This document shows, piece by piece, positions 24,685 to 26,800 of a stretch of DNA of 26,800 nucleotides. The stretch spans positions 1-26,800 of the forward strand of contig JAUQYZ020000093.1 in NCBI GenBank assembly GCA_030587475.2. Reading direction: 5' to 3'. The translations under genes were made by a program, and so were the position numbers. Each line of letters opens with the position of its first letter. The first letter of the stretch is position 1. The notes under the pieces were generated by a model. It had not been told where the DNA came from, did no database searches, and worked only from the letters and a program-made list of their open reading frames with translations. Origin of the DNA: Candidatus Sigynarchaeum calidifontis (GTDB lineage: Archaea; Asgardarchaeota; Lokiarchaeia; Sigyniarchaeales; Sigyniarchaeaceae).

Positions 24685-25278
24685 ATGCTATACGCGGCGT
24701 TCGGAAACTTGGGGATCATCGCTTTGATATTGATGTGGATTTTCCAAGGCTTTAACTTGAAATTCATCGATCAAATCGTAGATGAAGGGAAAAAAGTGCA
24801 TATCCTCGTGATATGGTTCGTCATGGTTCTATCAGGGATTGCCGCGGGATTTTTCATGTGCGTGGATTCGTTCACTGGTGGTTGTGTCCTTGCACTGATT
24901 CTTGGTATGATCATTGCAAATAAAATCGATCATAAATTATGGTTCGTCCAAATTATTCTCGTGCTTGGGGCATACATCGTTTTTTTAAACTTGTTCATAA
25001 GGATCGGCGTGCCCTTGATCGCTGATTTTTTCGAGGTCATCACCGTATTCGTCATCGTGCTCTTTGGATCAATCCTCGATGAGGTCATCCATGATGCTTC
25101 TATAACGAGAAATTCCAAGTTCTTGAATTTATTTGGCGGGTTCCGGATGATCATGAAATTTATCGTGATTATCATGGCTATCGTGTTCCCCACGTTCATC
25201 TTTTGGTATCACGCTGTCGCATGGTTGCTCTTTGATATAATGTATGAGATCCAAGCACGTCGGGCATTGAGGACGTAA
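24685..25278 (+). CDS. Hypothetical integral membrane protein (about 6-7 TM)
   Basis: Highly hydrophobic 197-aa ORF with polar motifs KFIDQIVDE, NKIDH and LDEVIHD. Confidence 0.8.
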   Translation: MLYAAFGNLGIIALILMWIFQGFNLKFIDQIVDEGKKVHILVIWFVMVLSGIAAGFFMCVDSFTGGCVLALILGMIIANKIDHKLWFVQIILVLGAYIVFLNLFIRIGVPLIADFFEVITVFVIVLFGSILDEVIHDASITRNSKFLNLFGGFRMIMKFIVIIMAIVFPTFIFWYHAVAWLLFDIMYEIQARRALRT

Positions 25279-25369
25279 AAATCCAAAAAACCGAGACAGC
25301 CATAATGTATTTAAATTGATATCGAAAAAGCCGATATAGTATTTCTCACGCGATGTCTAATCTCACGAG

Positions 25370-26413
25370 TCATTTCAAGAAGCGCTCATATGCAGATATG
25401 TCTATACCCGCTTGCTTGGCTAGTGCGACGAAATCGAAGTTGTCAAAGTAATATATGGACGCGGGTATTTTTTCGAATTGTTTTGCGACATTCCACGACC
25501 CGTGCTCTTTTCTCGACACGATCCCTGATGCCATGTAATTCCAGCTCCAGATAATTGGACACTTGTATTCATCCATTCCTCCATCGAAACTTGCATGAAT
25601 TCCAGTCTCCTTTAAATGCATCTCGAGTTTAAACCTTTGAGTTTGGCTTTTTATTGTAAATTCGTTCGGATAATTGAAGCAGGTTGCGGTGTCTTGTTTC
25701 CATGAGATAGGTTCAAAGATGGGCCTTCCGAGCTCGATCCACGTTTTTTTATCGATGCAACCCCCGGCGAAATCGTGTTTCGTTGGAATAACAACCGAGA
25801 TGATCTCGAAATCTGCATTATTCACAGTGACCCAAGGTGACCAGCGGAACTGCGTCGGAGATCCCCAGAAATGGTCGTGATAACCCAGACCGTTCTCGAC
25901 GCGATACTCCTTTCCCTCAAATCTAATTGTGCCGTTCACGTAAGCAGAGGGCATAGCTGGCAGATACCACATAACATCAAGGAACCGGCCGCCCACGCGT
26001 GTCTTGCGCTCCTTCCATGGTGGCAAATTCATCGAGAACGTCAAGTCAGCGACGACCCCCGTACCGGGATCGGTCCCCCAAAACCTTATCCGCGTGGCGT
26101 CGATAGCCTTGAAGAAGATCTTGCTCTCTAAGTTCACGTCGAGCGACTTGTCCGAGGCTTCAAATTGTTTCATGAAGCTGTCTTCTTTCGAAGTCGATTT
26201 CGTGACCTCCCCGACGATGATGGCCGAGGCAATGTCACAGCCCCTTGGGAGCGGGCTATCTAAGTTTTCCGGGTTGTTGATGGAACAGTTCGCCATAAAT
26301 TTAAGGTCGTGTGCAGCGTCCAACACCTCGAAAAACCACCATTCCTGGTAGAGTTCCTTGATTATTAACGGATTTCGCTTCACACGCGGATACCGAAGAG
26401 AATCCACATTCAT
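25370..26413 (-). CDS. Tocopherol cyclase / AttH / CrtC-like beta-barrel protein
   Basis: QEWWFFEV near the N-terminus and VNGTIRFEGKEYRVENGLGYHDHFWG are family hallmark motifs; also NYPNEF. Start is ATG 26413 or GTG 26425. Confidence 0.75.
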   Translation of the reverse strand: MNVDSLRYPRVKRNPLIIKELYQEWWFFEVLDAAHDLKFMANCSINNPENLDSPLPRGCDIASAIIVGEVTKSTSKEDSFMKQFEASDKSLDVNLESKIFFKAIDATRIRFWGTDPGTGVVADLTFSMNLPPWKERKTRVGGRFLDVMWYLPAMPSAYVNGTIRFEGKEYRVENGLGYHDHFWGSPTQFRWSPWVTVNNADFEIISVVIPTKHDFAGGCIDKKTWIELGRPIFEPISWKQDTATCFNYPNEFTIKSQTQRFKLEMHLKETGIHASFDGGMDEYKCPIIWSWNYMASGIVSRKEHGSWNVAKQFEKIPASIYYFDNFDFVALAKQAGIDISAYERFLK

Positions 26414-26657
26414 TATGCTGCGCACGGGAATGCACCAAGATTTGATACTCGGGTATGGATTATAAGTATGCTGCGAACGAAAGTCTCAGATCAGACATGG
26501 TCAATTAGACTTTTGAGCCTAAAGTCATCAAGTTATTCTCGTGAGATGGAACTTCGCCTCGCTGAACGCGGTCGAATATATTTTTAAGAACATTGACCGT
26601 TATACCTTCTATCGTAGTTATCTGTGGTTGAATAAAATAACGAAACGTGATGTACAC

Positions 26658-26800
26658 ATGCTATTCCAATCGGGAGAAATCTCGGATGACCAGATCATTT
26701 CATTTGGATTGGCCGCGGCAATCGCCATCGCCTTGATAGTAATCGCGATCGTCGCACTTGGCATATATCGAAAGCAAAAGAGTCGTTTGTTGCTATATTT
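26658..26800 (+). CDS. 5' end of a membrane protein, truncated by the window edge
   Basis: Hand translation: MLFQSGEISDDQIISFGLAAAIAIALIVIAIVALGIYRKQKSRLLLY. One TM helix plus a basic loop, similar in pattern to the first helix of 1937..2992. Confidence 0.65.
   Translation, partial: MLFQSGEISDDQIISFGLAAAIAIALIVIAIVALGIYRKQKSRLLLY

Noticed and set aside
26508-26526. GACTTT-N7-AAAGTC inverted repeat
   Set aside because: Only 6-bp arms in AT-rich DNA, which is expected by chance.

Overview
A gene-dense, GC-rich archaeal window, most likely from an Asgard (Lokiarchaeia/Sigynarchaeota-like) genome. That assignment is an inference from a 7TM-longin protein, a membrane PCI-domain protein, a TFS/RpoM-like zinc ribbon, TATA-like promoters and oligo-T terminators. 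I see no rRNA, tRNA, CRISPR array or mobile element. About 25 CDS are supported, two of them truncated at the window edges. Left part: a truncated TFS/RpoM-like protein, a PCI protein, a 7TM-longin protein, hypotheticals, a MOP/Wzx-like flippase and a secreted protein with degenerate M23-like motifs. Centre: a lipid-catabolism block (LLM oxidoreductase, enoyl-CoA hydratase, DUF35/thiolase-like/thiolase-like/DUF35, FabK/NMO-type flavoenzyme). Its two thiolase-fold proteins lack the nucleophilic Cys and resemble the actinobacterial steroid side-chain aldolase pair Ltp3/Ltp4. Right part: Gfo/Idh/MocA oxidoreductase, DUF47-PiT phosphate transport pair, GPH-type MFS transporter, DUF6807 protein, an in-frame SDR(Rossmann)-QueC fusion and a tocopherol-cyclase/AttH-like protein. 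The best candidates for undescribed biology are the SDR-QueC fusion and the Ltp3/Ltp4-like operon. All family calls come from motif recognition and recalled family sequences; no database search was run.
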